Shown piece after piece: positions 45,096 to 55,380 of a stretch of DNA of 64,000 nt. Under the pieces are notes generated by a model that had not been told where the DNA came from, did no database searches, and saw nothing but the letters and a program-made list of their open reading frames with translations. The translations under genes were made by a program, and so were the position numbers. The stretch comes from Gammaproteobacteria bacterium (lineage in GTDB: Bacteria > Pseudomonadota > Gammaproteobacteria > DRLM01). The DNA is taken from assembly GCA_037381915.1 (NCBI GenBank), contig JARRQJ010000021.1, positions 14,634 to 78,633 on the forward strand. The letters are read 5' to 3'. Position 1 is the stretch's first letter. The number at the start of each line of letters is the position of its first letter.

Positions 45096-45312
45096 ATGAT
45101 TCCATCCTTTGCAGTCCCGGAAAAGCCCGGTGCCACACTCATCGGGTAAACAGCCTATCACTCAAGATTATCAGCCCATCGGCTCTGCAGAGGCAAGACT
45201 ATTAATTGAGATGGAAAACGCACGATTTGCGGGAGGCACCGCCCGAGCGGTTCTGGCCCGATCGGCCATTGAGGTCAAGCGCGTCGCCTATGAAAGGTGT
45301 GAACTATTGACG

Positions 45313-45627
45313 CTATGCATGCCCTGTCAACACGGATACCACGGCGCCCTCGCAGGGGGATCGAGGCGGATCATCGTTTTCCTGGAAACGTGGCGCCTCG
45401 CCTATCGAGCGCATTACCGGCAGCACGCTCACCACCGGATGGGGCAGTTCATCTTCCGGAACGACGCTGATGCGAAATCCAAAAGGGAAAGGTTCATCAC
45501 TCCGTACCAGATCAGGACATTCCTTCATCAGATATTTTATATGCCGGTCGTTCAAGCTCACCAGGACCGGAACCCGGCCATGAATCCGTTCAAACTCCTG
45601 TATCAAACCGAGTAGATAGCTGAGCAT
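45313..45627 (-). CDS. Hypothetical protein (104 aa)
   Basis: Strong SD AAGGAGG 8 nt before ATG 45627; plausible amino-acid composition. Confidence 0.6.
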   Translation of the reverse strand: MLSYLLGLIQEFERIHGRVPVLVSLNDRHIKYLMKECPDLVRSDEPFPFGFRISVVPEDELPHPVVSVLPVMRSIGEAPRFQENDDPPRSPCEGAVVSVLTGHA

Positions 45628-46006
45628 AATGGGCACCTCCTTACCGGATCAGGCATGCACTCAATCAATGTAGCTGGGCCAAGGGGGAGGCGCCGCTTGG
45701 GCAGTGACGCTCGGCATCGCGCCCGCCGTTGTCGCGTTGGCGGCGGGGAAAATGAAAGTGCCGCACTTCATTCCCTCCTCGAGCCCGACGGAATGACCGT
45801 GTATTTTATAGACGCTAAATGTGACAGCCTTGTGACTTGATCCGGAAGGGCATGGCGAGGCACCCTGCGCGCAAGCTGCAAGGCGGCGCACTGGGTAAAA
45901 AGGGCCTCGCTTCTTCGCATCACGGACGCCGAGTCGCTCGATCCCCCATCCGGCATCCGGTGTTTCAAGGTGCCGTGAGGATCCCCCAGACGCAGACGGC
46001 GCTTTC

Positions 46007-46058
46007 TCAAGTATATGATCACCATATACTTGACAATAGAACGATCGTTCCATATATT
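46007..46058 (+). promoter_or_regulatory. Sigma70 promoter with SOS-type operator and upstream palindrome
   Basis: TTGACA 46030-46035, 17-bp spacer, TATATT 46053-46058; GAAC-GATC-GTTC at 46039-46050; 11-bp-arm inverted repeat 46007-46033. Confidence 0.8.
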
Positions 46059-46064
46059 TGTTTG

Positions 46065-46637
46065 ATGGGTAACGATCGCGACTATCTCAGGAAACTCCAG
46101 GATTATTACGCCGCCCACGGCGTGGTACCCCCCTACTCCACCCTCATGCAAGTGGTGGGATTTCGCTCCAAGAGCCCCGTGGCGGCCTTGGTCAACCGTT
46201 TGAAACTGGCGGGTTATCTGGAATCCACGCCGGACCGCCGCCTGCGACCGGGTAAGCGCTTCTTCGAGCGACCTATCTACGAAAGCGTTCAGGCGGGCTT
46301 TCCCAGTCCCGCCAGCGACACTCAGCACGATGCCCTGACCATCGATGAATATCTGGTGGTGCACCCGTCGAAAACCGTGCTGGTAACTGTGAAGGGGGAC
46401 TCCATGACCGGTGCCGGCATTCACGGCGGGGACATCGTGGTGGTGGAAAAACGCGGCGATGCCAGAGTGGGCGACATCGTCATCGCCATTGTCGAGAACG
46501 AATTCACGCTGAAGTATCTCGACAAGGAAAAAGACGGATTCATACTGCGCCCGGCCAATCTCGCCTATCCCGTAATCCGCCCCAAGGGCAGCCTGGAAAT
46601 CTTCGGCGTTGTAGTCGGTTTGTTCCGCAAGTATTAG
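46065..46637 (+). CDS. lexA: LexA-family repressor (winged HTH + S24 peptidase with UmuD-like cleavage site)
   Basis: HTH region PPYSTLMQVVGFRSKSPV...L...GYL; Ala-Gly site VQAGFPSPA; catalytic Ser VKGDSM; catalytic Lys FTLK. Confidence 0.85.
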   Translation: MGNDRDYLRKLQDYYAAHGVVPPYSTLMQVVGFRSKSPVAALVNRLKLAGYLESTPDRRLRPGKRFFERPIYESVQAGFPSPASDTQHDALTIDEYLVVHPSKTVLVTVKGDSMTGAGIHGGDIVVVEKRGDARVGDIVIAIVENEFTLKYLDKEKDGFILRPANLAYPVIRPKGSLEIFGVVVGLFRKY

Positions 46638-46657
46638 CGCTGACCCGGCAGCGCCTC

Positions 46658-46915
46658 ATGACACTGACCGACTGGCCCAATGTGGTAGCCTATGTGGGTG
46701 CCGACTGCTTTTTCGCCGCCTGCGAACTCGCTCGGGCCCCAAATTGGGCCGCCGGTCGCTATGCGCGATGTCCACTGCATCGTGGCCAAGACCTATGACG
46801 CCAAGACGATGGGCATCTACGTCGGTATGCCGGTATAGGAGGCGAAGAAGCGCCTCCCCCATGCCCTATATCTTTCCGCGATTGCAGTCTTTACGGACAA
46901 ATGTCGGATAAGTAG
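46658..46915 (+). pseudogene. Decayed Y-family DNA polymerase (dinB/umuC-like) N-terminus
   Basis: MTLTDWPNVVAYVGADCFFAACE, frameshift, CIVAKTYDAK.MGI..GMPV*EAKKRLP.A.YL (TAG 46836-46838), further frameshift, truncated. Confidence 0.8.
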
Positions 46916-47100
46916 TGTGCCGATTGCCCTCAACAAGAAATACGACAATCACACGGTTTTAATGCCGGGGGTCATGCCCGTTGCAACACGAAAAAAGGAG
47001 TGCGCTTCCGTTTGCCCATGTATGAAGCAGGATGACCATCCCACGCGATTCGTTACGCCACTGGACCGTGCTTATGGTTAACGCCTGAGTCTGATAAATA

Positions 47101-47179
<79 letters not shown>

Positions 47180-47284
47180 ATTAGATTGAAACTGAAAGAT
47201 GGATGCCGCGACCGCTCCGCGTCTATACAGGCGCGCTATGATACTCGAGATAAGCGTCGAACACCAAAGCTATTTCAGCTTGGC

Positions 47285-47650
47285 TCAGCCTTTGAGCAAG
47301 GTCGCCAGCTTTTCCAGGTCCACACGCAACTGGCGAATGATATCCTTGCTGTTGGTAGCGGTGACGGGAATTTTGGTCTTGGTGCTCGTCCCCAATTGTT
47401 GGCGTGCCCCGCCGATGGTAAATCCTTGTTCATATAAGAGGCTGCGGATCTCGCGCACCATCAACACGTCATGCTGTTGATAGTAACGACGATTCCCGCG
47501 TCGCTTGACCGGTTTCAACTGAGGGAATTCCTGCTCCCAGTAACGCAGGACGTGCGGTTTCACCAAGCACAGATCACTGACTTCACCGATGGTAAAATAA
47601 CGCTTCCCCGGAATCGGGGGTAATTCATTGTTATTCGCTGCTTCCAGCAT
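47285..47650 (-). CDS. MerR-family transcriptional regulator (ihfA-linked)
   Basis: [25 protein letters not shown]...GNRRYY...GFTI.GA. Confidence 0.93.
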   Translation of the reverse strand: MLEAANNNELPPIPGKRYFTIGEVSDLCLVKPHVLRYWEQEFPQLKPVKRRGNRRYYQQHDVLMVREIRSLLYEQGFTIGGARQQLGTSTKTKIPVTATNSKDIIRQLRVDLEKLATLLKG

Positions 47651-47930
47651 AGGCCTCTACCCGCGCTTTGAGTTTTTGTCCAGGATGAAATGTCACCACG
47701 CGTCGCGCCGTGATGGGGATTTCTTCACCGGTTTTAGGGTTGCGGCCAGGCCGTTGTTTCTTGTCTCGCAAGTTAAAATTGCCGAAACCGGACAATTTCA
47801 CCTGCCTCCCCTCCGCCAGTGCCACACGGATTTCCTCGAAAAAGGCTTCGACAAAATCCTTGGCCTCGCGTTTGTTTAACCCCAGTTCTTCAAAAAGTTT
47901 TTCTGCCATTTCGGCCTTGGTTAGCGCCAT
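47631..47930 (-). CDS. ihfA: Integration host factor alpha
   Basis: [26 protein letters not shown]. Confidence 0.98.
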   Translation of the reverse strand: MALTKAEMAEKLFEELGLNKREAKDFVEAFFEEIRVALAEGRQVKLSGFGNFNLRDKKQRPGRNPKTGEEIPITARRVVTFHPGQKLKARVEAYAGSSE

Positions 47931-47933
47931 AGC

Positions 47934-50372
47934 TCAGTCTCTCAAAGTAGCCCCGAAGGTGTCCCTCAATCTCGCCAATACCCTTTCCATAACGATATCG
48001 ACGTCTCCGTCCGTAAGAGTGCGCGAAGAATCCTGTAACGTCAAGCCCAACGCCAGACTTTTTTTCCCCGAATCAATGCCTTTGCCCTTGTAGACATCAA
48101 ACAACTGTAGTTCCTCTAGCCACTCCCCCGCCGCTTCCCGAATACTGCCTTGCAGCGCGGCACTGCTGACCGTATCGTCGACGATCACGGCCAGGTCACG
48201 ACGAATGGCCGGATACTTTGATGCCTCCCGGAAGCTGGGCAGTTGCGCCTGAGCTATTTCCTCTAGCGCCACCTCAAATAATACAGTTAATTTGCTGATA
48301 TTTAAAGAATTAGCAATACGCGGATGTAGCGTGCCCAGAATACCCGCCTCCCGCCCGTGGGGAGAAGTGAATTGTGCGGTTTGTCCCGGATGCAGCGCCG
48401 GGTGCGATGCCGCGTTAAACAGATAGTCCTGGGCAAACCCGGTCATGGCCAGTAACGTCTCCACATCCTTTTTGACATCGAAGAAATCCGTTTCCCGCTC
48501 GGTTTCCGCCCATTGCTCCGGCATCAGACTGCCCGCCACGATGCCGGCAATCACGGTCTCCTCCCGCACCTGCCCCTCCCTCCGCCGGAAGCGCGTCCCG
48601 ATCTCGAACAGGCGTATCCGATCTTGTCTTCGATTTAGATTATAGAGCAAGGCCTGCACCAAGCCAGGCCAAAGACTGGTCCTCATTACCGCCATGTCGG
48701 CGCTGATCGGGTTGGCCAAGCTCACGGGCGCATGTTCGGGATCAAGCAGTTCCTGCAGGCGAGGATCGACGAAACTATAAGTGATCGCCTCTTGATAGCC
48801 GCGCTCGATCAGACGTCGCCGCAGAACCGCTGTCCCGACCTTGCTTTCGGACCGGCGTTGCATCGTAGCGGGAACGGGTGGGCTGTGGCTCGGCAGACGG
48901 CTGTAACCGTAGATGCGGGCGAGTTCCTCGATCAGATCGGCCTCGATGCTGATATCAAAACGAAACGAAGGCGGTGTCACTTGCCAGCAGTCATTTTCTT
49001 CCATCACGTCCATCCCTAAACGCTTCAGGATACTCATTACCTGCGCGCGCGGAATGTCGGCACCCAATAAACGTCCCATTCGGGCAATACGCAACGGAAC
49101 CTGGGCGGGTTGCGGGAGATGGGACCGGCTGCTCTGCTCCATGATGGGACCGGGCCTTCCGCCGGCAATGTCCAGCAGCAAGCGCGTGGCGCGTTCCATG
49201 GCGCGGCGCGCCGACTCAGGATCCACGCCTCGTTCGAAACGATGGGACGAGTCGGTATGCAGACCATAACGCCGCGCACGGCCGGCCATGGCCGCCGGTG
49301 CGAAATAGGCGCTTTCCAGCAGAATATGTCGGGTCGCGTTGGCCATGGCCGCCGGTGCGAAATAGGCGCTTTCCAGCAGAATATGTCGGGTCGCGTTGCC
49401 GACGGCGCTCGCGGCGCCGCCCATGATGCCGGCCATGGCCACCGCGGCAGCGTGATCGGCGATCACCAGGGTATCCTTGTCCAAATCGACTTCCTGATCA
49501 TCCAACAAGCGCAGGCGTTCATTCGCCCGCGCCAGCCGCACATGAATCCCGCCCTTGAGGCGTTCCAGGTCGAACGCGTGCATGGGCTGACCCAATTCCA
49601 GCAGGACGTAATTGGTGACGTCTACCACGGCGTTGATGCTGCGCAAACCGCTGCGGCGCAATCGCTCCTGCATCCACATGGGTGTCGGCGCATCGACCGC
49701 TACGTCCCGGACGATACGCGCTGTATAGCGGGGACAGGCTTCGGGGGCGCTGACCTCCAGCGGGACTTGTTCGTCTATCTCAGCCGCGACGGGCGCGACC
49801 TCCGCGTCGCGCAGCGGAACGCCGTTGATAACGCTCACTTCGCGGGCAATCCCGGCCACACTCAGGCAATCACCGCGGTTGGGGGTCAAGCCCAATTCGA
49901 GGCTGACATCATTGAGCAGCAGATAATCGCGCACATCCTGTCCCGGCTCTGCGTCGTTGGAAAGGATCATCAGGCCTTCCGAGCTGTCCGCCAGGCCCAG
50001 TTCCTTAGCCGAACACAACATTCCTTCCGATGTCTCGCCGCGCAGCTGGGATTTTTCTATATTGATCCCGCCCGGGAGTTTCGCGCCGACCACGGCGACC
50101 GGCACCCGTACGCCCTTCGCCACGTTGGCGGCGCCGCAGACGATGCTCAAAGCTTCCGCCGCACCGACGTTGACCTGGCAGACGCGCAATCGATCAGCGC
50201 CGGGATGGGGTTCGACACGCAGCACCTCACCCACGACCACGTTGCTGAAGTACGGCGCCACCGGCTCCACGGCATCCACTTCCAGGCCGGCCATGGTGAG
50301 TTGCTCCGCCAGGTCGGTCGTGGAGATGTCGGGGTTCACCCATTCCCGCAACCATTGTTCGCTGAATTTCAT
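47934..50372 (-). CDS. pheT: Phenylalanine-tRNA ligase beta subunit (with internal 19-aa duplication)
   Basis: MKFSEQWLREWV start at 50372; TPNRGDCLS, GQPMHAFD, RFERGVDP, FDVY.G. Confidence 0.97.
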   Translation of the reverse strand: MKFSEQWLREWVNPDISTTDLAEQLTMAGLEVDAVEPVAPYFSNVVVGEVLRVEPHPGADRLRVCQVNVGAAEALSIVCGAANVAKGVRVPVAVVGAKLPGGINIEKSQLRGETSEGMLCSAKELGLADSSEGLMILSNDAEPGQDVRDYLLLNDVSLELGLTPNRGDCLSVAGIAREVSVINGVPLRDAEVAPVAAEIDEQVPLEVSAPEACPRYTARIVRDVAVDAPTPMWMQERLRRSGLRSINAVVDVTNYVLLELGQPMHAFDLERLKGGIHVRLARANERLRLLDDQEVDLDKDTLVIADHAAAVAMAGIMGGAASAVGNATRHILLESAYFAPAAMANATRHILLESAYFAPAAMAGRARRYGLHTDSSHRFERGVDPESARRAMERATRLLLDIAGGRPGPIMEQSSRSHLPQPAQVPLRIARMGRLLGADIPRAQVMSILKRLGMDVMEENDCWQVTPPSFRFDISIEADLIEELARIYGYSRLPSHSPPVPATMQRRSESKVGTAVLRRRLIERGYQEAITYSFVDPRLQELLDPEHAPVSLANPISADMAVMRTSLWPGLVQALLYNLNRRQDRIRLFEIGTRFRRREGQVREETVIAGIVAGSLMPEQWAETERETDFFDVKKDVETLLAMTGFAQDYLFNAASHPALHPGQTAQFTSPHGREAGILGTLHPRIANSLNISKLTVLFEVALEEIAQAQLPSFREASKYPAIRRDLAVIVDDTVSSAALQGSIREAAGEWLEELQLFDVYKGKGIDSGKKSLALGLTLQDSSRTLTDGDVDIVMERVLARLRDTFGATLRD
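49284..49397. repeat. Exact 57-bp tandem duplication within pheT
   Basis: GGCCATGGCC...GGTCGCGTT at 49284-49340 and 49341-49397; encodes NATRHILLESAYFAPAAMA twice. Confidence 0.97.
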
Positions 50373-50386
50373 CGAAGCTCCACAAA

Positions 50387-51412
<1,026 letters not shown>

Positions 51413-51497
51413 TTATATAAATCTGTCTGCCCCTTCCCGCCCTCGCTGCGACAGAGCGACGGCAGAGAGGGATCAGCCCCGGGCAGCCGAAAAATTC

Positions 51498-51564
51498 GTC
51501 ATTCCGGTGTCCAGTGTTTTTAACGCTATTAGCGTTACCGGATTCCGGCTTGCGCCGGAATGAC
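51498..51564. repeat. Palindromic miniature element (RPE/dRS3-like GTCATTCC...GGAATGAC)
   Basis: 10-bp terminal inverted repeats GTCATTCCGG/CCGGAATGAC; inner palindrome TAACGCTA-T-TAGCGTTA; right hairpin ATTCCGGC-TTGC-GCCGGAAT. Confidence 0.7.
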
Positions 51565-51599
51565 ACCATGGAGATGGTTCGAACTTCTCCCGATAAAAT

Positions 51600-51631
51600 A
51601 AAAAAGGGAAAGGTCACCAGGCCTTTCCCTT
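51600..51631 (-). terminator. Rho-independent terminator after rplT
   Basis: Minus strand AAGGGAAAGG-CCTGGTGA-CCTTTCCC-TTTTTT. Confidence 0.75.
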
Positions 51632-51684
51632 CTATTGAGTCGATTGATTCGTCCCGCTCAATATACGCGGGGCGAACTGCGTCC

Positions 51685-52044
51685 TCAGGACGAAAGACCG
51701 GCTTTAGCCTTCTCCGCCAGTGCGGCGAACGCCAACTTGTCGAACACGGCCAAATCGGCCAGCACCTTGCGGTCGACCTCAATTGCCGCCTTGTGCAGTC
51801 CGTTCATCATGCGGCTGTAGGACAAACCGCATTCCCGGGCGGCGGCGTTGATGCGCACGATCCACAAGCCGCGGAACTGGCGCTTGCGTTGACGACGGTC
51901 GCGATAGGCATATTGACCGGCCTTGGTCACCGCCTGGGTGGCCACCCGGAACACGTTCTTGCGTCGCCCGTAGTAGCCCTTGGCCTGCTCCAGCACCTTC
52001 TTATGGCGGGCACGGGCCATGACACCTCTTTTTACTCTTGGCAT
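51685..52044 (-). CDS. rplT: 50S ribosomal protein L20
   Basis: [35 protein letters not shown]. Confidence 0.99.
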   Translation of the reverse strand: MPRVKRGVMARARHKKVLEQAKGYYGRRKNVFRVATQAVTKAGQYAYRDRRQRKRQFRGLWIVRINAAARECGLSYSRMMNGLHKAAIEVDRKVLADLAVFDKLAFAALAEKAKAGLSS

Positions 52045-52081
52045 GACTGCATCCTCAAATAAATAAATCTTTATTCCTACT

Positions 52082-52165
52082 CCCTCTCGGAGAGGGTTAG
52101 GGGTGAGGGTTAGTTGATAATCAATCTTACTCCCTCACCCTGTCCCTCTCCCAAAGGGAGAGGGG
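52082..52165. repeat. Inverted pair of REP-like elements (CCCTCACCC..CCCTCTCCC-loop-GGGAGAGGG family)
   Basis: Reverse, partly deleted copy at 52082-52109 and forward copy at 52132-52165, between rpmI and rplT. Confidence 0.75.
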
Positions 52166-52237
52166 ATGTTCCGCTAAGCTATTTGCTCCACAAATTCCGA
52201 TCACGAGTCCCGAAAGTAATAAGGACTTCCCTGCACA

Positions 52238-52435
52238 TCAAGCGTGCGGCAACATCCGCCGCACAGCCGCGGTGTCCGAGTCATGAACCAGGATCGCGGA
52301 CCGCAATTGGCGCTTCCGCTTGGCACTCTTTTTGGTCAGGATGTGCCGCCTGAAGCTCTGGGCGCGCTTGAACCTGCCGGAACCGGTACGGGCAAAACGC
52401 TTCGCTGCACCCCTGTTGGTCTTCAATTTAGCCAT
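52238..52435 (-). CDS. rpmI: 50S ribosomal protein L35
   Basis: [29 protein letters not shown]. Confidence 0.98.
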   Translation of the reverse strand: MAKLKTNRGAAKRFARTGSGRFKRAQSFRRHILTKKSAKRKRQLRSAILVHDSDTAAVRRMLPHA

Positions 52436-52489
52436 TGATACTTACTCCGCTGCATTATCATTGCCGACGCTCGCGCCGACTGTGTTCCG

Positions 52490-53047
52490 TCAAGTCCCGG
52501 TTTGCTTGCCAGTTGCAGGCACGGTGGCCTTCTTCGGCGCCAGAACCATGACCATTAATCTTCCTTCCATCCTCGGAAACTGCTCTACCACACTGCATTC
52601 AGCCAGATCCGCCTCGACCCGTTTCAACAGCTTCATTCCCAGTTCCTGATGCATCATCTCGCGACCGCGGAAACGCAAGGTAACCTTGGTCTTGTCGCCT
52701 TCCTGCAAAAACTTCATCAGCTTGCGCAGCTTCACCTGATAATCCGCCTCTTCGGTGGTGGGGCGGAACTTCAATTCTTTAACCTGAATCTGCTTCTGCT
52801 TTTTCTTGGCGGCGTGGCGCTTCTTACTCTCTTCGAAGAGAAACTTGCCATAATCCATGATCCGGCATACCGGCGGCGCTGCCTGTGGGGCGACTTCCAC
52901 CAAATCGAGATCGCTCTCTTCCGCTGTTTCGAGGGCTTGCTTGGTAGGCACGATGCCGATCATCTCACCGTTGGAACCGATCAACCGCACCTCCGGCACG
53001 GTAATTTCCTCGTTGATACGAGTATCTTTCTTATCCGCGCTGATAAT
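52490..53047 (-). CDS. infC: Translation initiation factor IF-3 (non-AUG start)
   Basis: RINEEI...[26 protein letters not shown]; ATT 53047 (or ATC 53044) in frame directly after the thrS stop, with GGAGG upstream. Confidence 0.95.
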   Translation of the reverse strand: MISADKKDTRINEEITVPEVRLIGSNGEMIGIVPTKQALETAEESDLDLVEVAPQAAPPVCRIMDYGKFLFEESKKRHAAKKKQKQIQVKELKFRPTTEEADYQVKLRKLMKFLQEGDKTKVTLRFRGREMMHQELGMKLLKRVEADLAECSVVEQFPRMEGRLMVMVLAPKKATVPATGKQTGT

Positions 53048-54973
53048 TCAATCCTCCAAAATAGCGCGGCCGCGACGCGCGATATCCGCGGCTAGGCGTT
53101 CCTGGAAGGCATTGACGGTCATGCTTCCCAAGTCCTTGCCGCTTCGCGTGCGTACGGCCATGGTCTGTTCATTCATCTCCCGATCCCCTAAAACCAGGAG
53201 ATAGGGAACACGTTGCAACGTGTGCTCGCGAATTTTAAAGCTTATCTTCTCGTTTCTCAAGTCCGCCTTGATCCGGAATCCCTTTTCTTTCATAACCTTC
53301 TCTAGAGATTGGGCATAGTCGGCCTGTTTGTCGGTGATGGTGAGGAGCACCGCCTGGGTGGGGGCCAGCCAGGGGGGGAACAGCCCCGCATACTGCTCGA
53401 TGAGGATGCCGATGAAGCGCTCCAGGGAGCCGAGGATCGCGCGGTGGAGCATGACCGGGATCTTTTTGCTGCTGTCCTCGGCGACGTATTCCGCTCCCAG
53501 GCGTTCCGGCATGTTGAAATCCACCTGGATGGTGCCGCACTGCCACACCCGGCCCAGACAGTCCTTGAGGGAAAATTCGATCTTGGGGCCGTAGAACGCC
53601 CCTTCCCCGGGCTGCAGATCCCAGGGTAAGCCTTTATTGTTCAATGCCTTTTCCAAGGCATGCTCCGACTTGTCCCAGATCTCGTCCGAACCCACCCGCT
53701 TGGGCGGCCGGGTGGAAAGCTTGATGATCACCTCGTCGAAGCCGAAATCGGCGTAGACCCGGTACAGCAGGTCGATGAAGGCCGCCACCTCTGCCTGGAT
53801 CTGGTCCTCGGTACAGAAGATATGGGCGTCGTCCTGGGTAAACCCCCGCACCCGCATCAGGCCGTGCAGGGCCCCGCTGGGCTCGTTGCGGGTGCAGGAG
53901 CCGAATTCCGCCATGCGCAGGGGCAGGTCACGGTAGCTCTTAAGTCCTTGATTAAATATCTGCACATGGCAGGGACAATTCATGGGCTTGATGGCGTAAT
54001 CCCGGTTTTCCGAGTGAGTGGTGAACATCTCCTCGCCGAACTTCTCCCAGTGACCGGATTTCTCCCACAGCACCCGGCCCACCACCTGGGGGGTGCGCAC
54101 CTCCTGATAGTCATGGGCCTTGAGAGCGCCACGGATATATTGTTCGACTTCCTGATAGATGGTCCAGCCATTGTCGTGCCAGAACACCATCCCCGGCGCC
54201 TCTTCCTGGGTATGGAACAGGTCCAGGTGCTTGCCGATTTTGCGGTGATCCCGTTTCTCGGCCTCTTCCAGGCGGTGCAGATAGGCCGCCAGGGCCTTCT
54301 TGTCGGTCCAGGCGGTGCCATAGATGCGCTGCAACATCTCATTATTGGAGTCGCCGCGCCAATAGGCGCCGGCCACCTTCATCAGCTTGAAGGCCTTGAG
54401 CTTGCCGGTGGACGGGATATGGGGGCCGCGGCACAGGTCGATAAACTCACCCTGCTGATATAAGGACAGGGTCTCGTGGGCGGGAATATCCTCAATAATC
54501 CGCGCCTTGTACTCCTCGCCCATGTCACGAAAGAATGGGATGGCCTCCTCGCGCGACATTTCCGAGCGCGTCACCGGCAAGTCCTGGGCGGCCAATTTCT
54601 GCATACGCTTCTCGATGGCGGCCAGGTCCTCGGGGGTGAAGGGGCGCTTGAAGGCAAAGTCGTAATAGAAGCCGTCCTCGATCACTGGACCGATGGTGAC
54701 CTGGGCCTCGGGAAACAGTTGCTTGACCGCCTGAGCCAAGAGATGGGCGCAGGAATGACGGAGAATCTCCAGACCCTCGGCGTCACGCTCGGTGATGATG
54801 GCCAGCTTGGCATCCCCCGCGATGACATAAGAGGTGTCCACCAGCTTGTCGTCCACCCTGCCGGCCAGGGCGGCCTTGGCCAGCCCCGGACCGATGGCGG
54901 CGGCAACGTCACGGACGCTGACGGCTTGGTCGAACTGGCGTTGGCTTCCGTCCGGAAGGGTTATTGTTGGCAT
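53048..54973 (-). CDS. thrS: Threonine-tRNA ligase
   Basis: [44 protein letters not shown]. Confidence 0.99.
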   Translation of the reverse strand: MPTITLPDGSQRQFDQAVSVRDVAAAIGPGLAKAALAGRVDDKLVDTSYVIAGDAKLAIITERDAEGLEILRHSCAHLLAQAVKQLFPEAQVTIGPVIEDGFYYDFAFKRPFTPEDLAAIEKRMQKLAAQDLPVTRSEMSREEAIPFFRDMGEEYKARIIEDIPAHETLSLYQQGEFIDLCRGPHIPSTGKLKAFKLMKVAGAYWRGDSNNEMLQRIYGTAWTDKKALAAYLHRLEEAEKRDHRKIGKHLDLFHTQEEAPGMVFWHDNGWTIYQEVEQYIRGALKAHDYQEVRTPQVVGRVLWEKSGHWEKFGEEMFTTHSENRDYAIKPMNCPCHVQIFNQGLKSYRDLPLRMAEFGSCTRNEPSGALHGLMRVRGFTQDDAHIFCTEDQIQAEVAAFIDLLYRVYADFGFDEVIIKLSTRPPKRVGSDEIWDKSEHALEKALNNKGLPWDLQPGEGAFYGPKIEFSLKDCLGRVWQCGTIQVDFNMPERLGAEYVAEDSSKKIPVMLHRAILGSLERFIGILIEQYAGLFPPWLAPTQAVLLTITDKQADYAQSLEKVMKEKGFRIKADLRNEKISFKIREHTLQRVPYLLVLGDREMNEQTMAVRTRSGKDLGSMTVNAFQERLAADIARRGRAILED

Positions 54974-55084
54974 GCTTGTGTTCCGCGGGTTCCTGCTTGA
55001 CTCTCTTTATCGGCAACCCATGATACAAAAAGAGCACTGTGCTCACATCACAGCGCCTTATCAAATTATCACGCTCTCGATCCG

Positions 55085-55119
55085 CCCTCACCCCATCCCT
55101 CTCCCGGAGGGAGAGGGGG
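55085..55119 (+). repeat. REP-like element (same family as 52132-52165)
   Basis: CCCTCACCCCATCCCTCTCCC-GGA-GGGAGAGGGGG, between tRNA-Val and thrS. Confidence 0.75.
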
Positions 55120-55150
55120 AGCAAGTTTCGCTGCGCGAATCGAATAGATT

Positions 55151-55227
55151 TGGTAGGCGCGATTGGACTCGAACCAACGACCCCCACCATGTCAAGGTGG
55201 TGCTCTAACCAACTGAGCTACGCGCCT
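55151..55227 (-). tRNA. tRNA-Val(GAC)
   Basis: 77-nt cloverleaf AGGCGCG...CCACC-TTGACAT-GGTGG...GTTCGAGTC...CCA. Confidence 0.97.
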
Positions 55228-55380
55228 GTCGAAGAAGCCGCGAAAGATACCATAAAGCCCCGCCGGGGAACAAGTTTATCGTCAATCCGGCCGGACCTCA
55301 TGAAAGGCAATCTGATTTCTATGAAAAAATTGCCGCGCCCCCTTCCCGTCATATCCAATTTCGACGGCGGCCGGCCTCCT

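Noticed and set aside
45837-46064. N-terminal extension of LexA in the ORF track
   Set aside because: It spans the promoter and operator; LexA similarity begins at ATG 46065.
53891-53893. Thr[10 protein letters not shown] where FGSCHRNEP is usual
   Set aside because: A single substitution at a position that varies among ThrRS; the adjacent motif-2 Arg and Zn ligands are intact.
54974-55070. Possible tRNA-mimic thrS operator (hairpin with a TGT-containing loop)
   Set aside because: The loop register does not match an anticodon loop and it is far from the ribosome-binding site; too weak to support.
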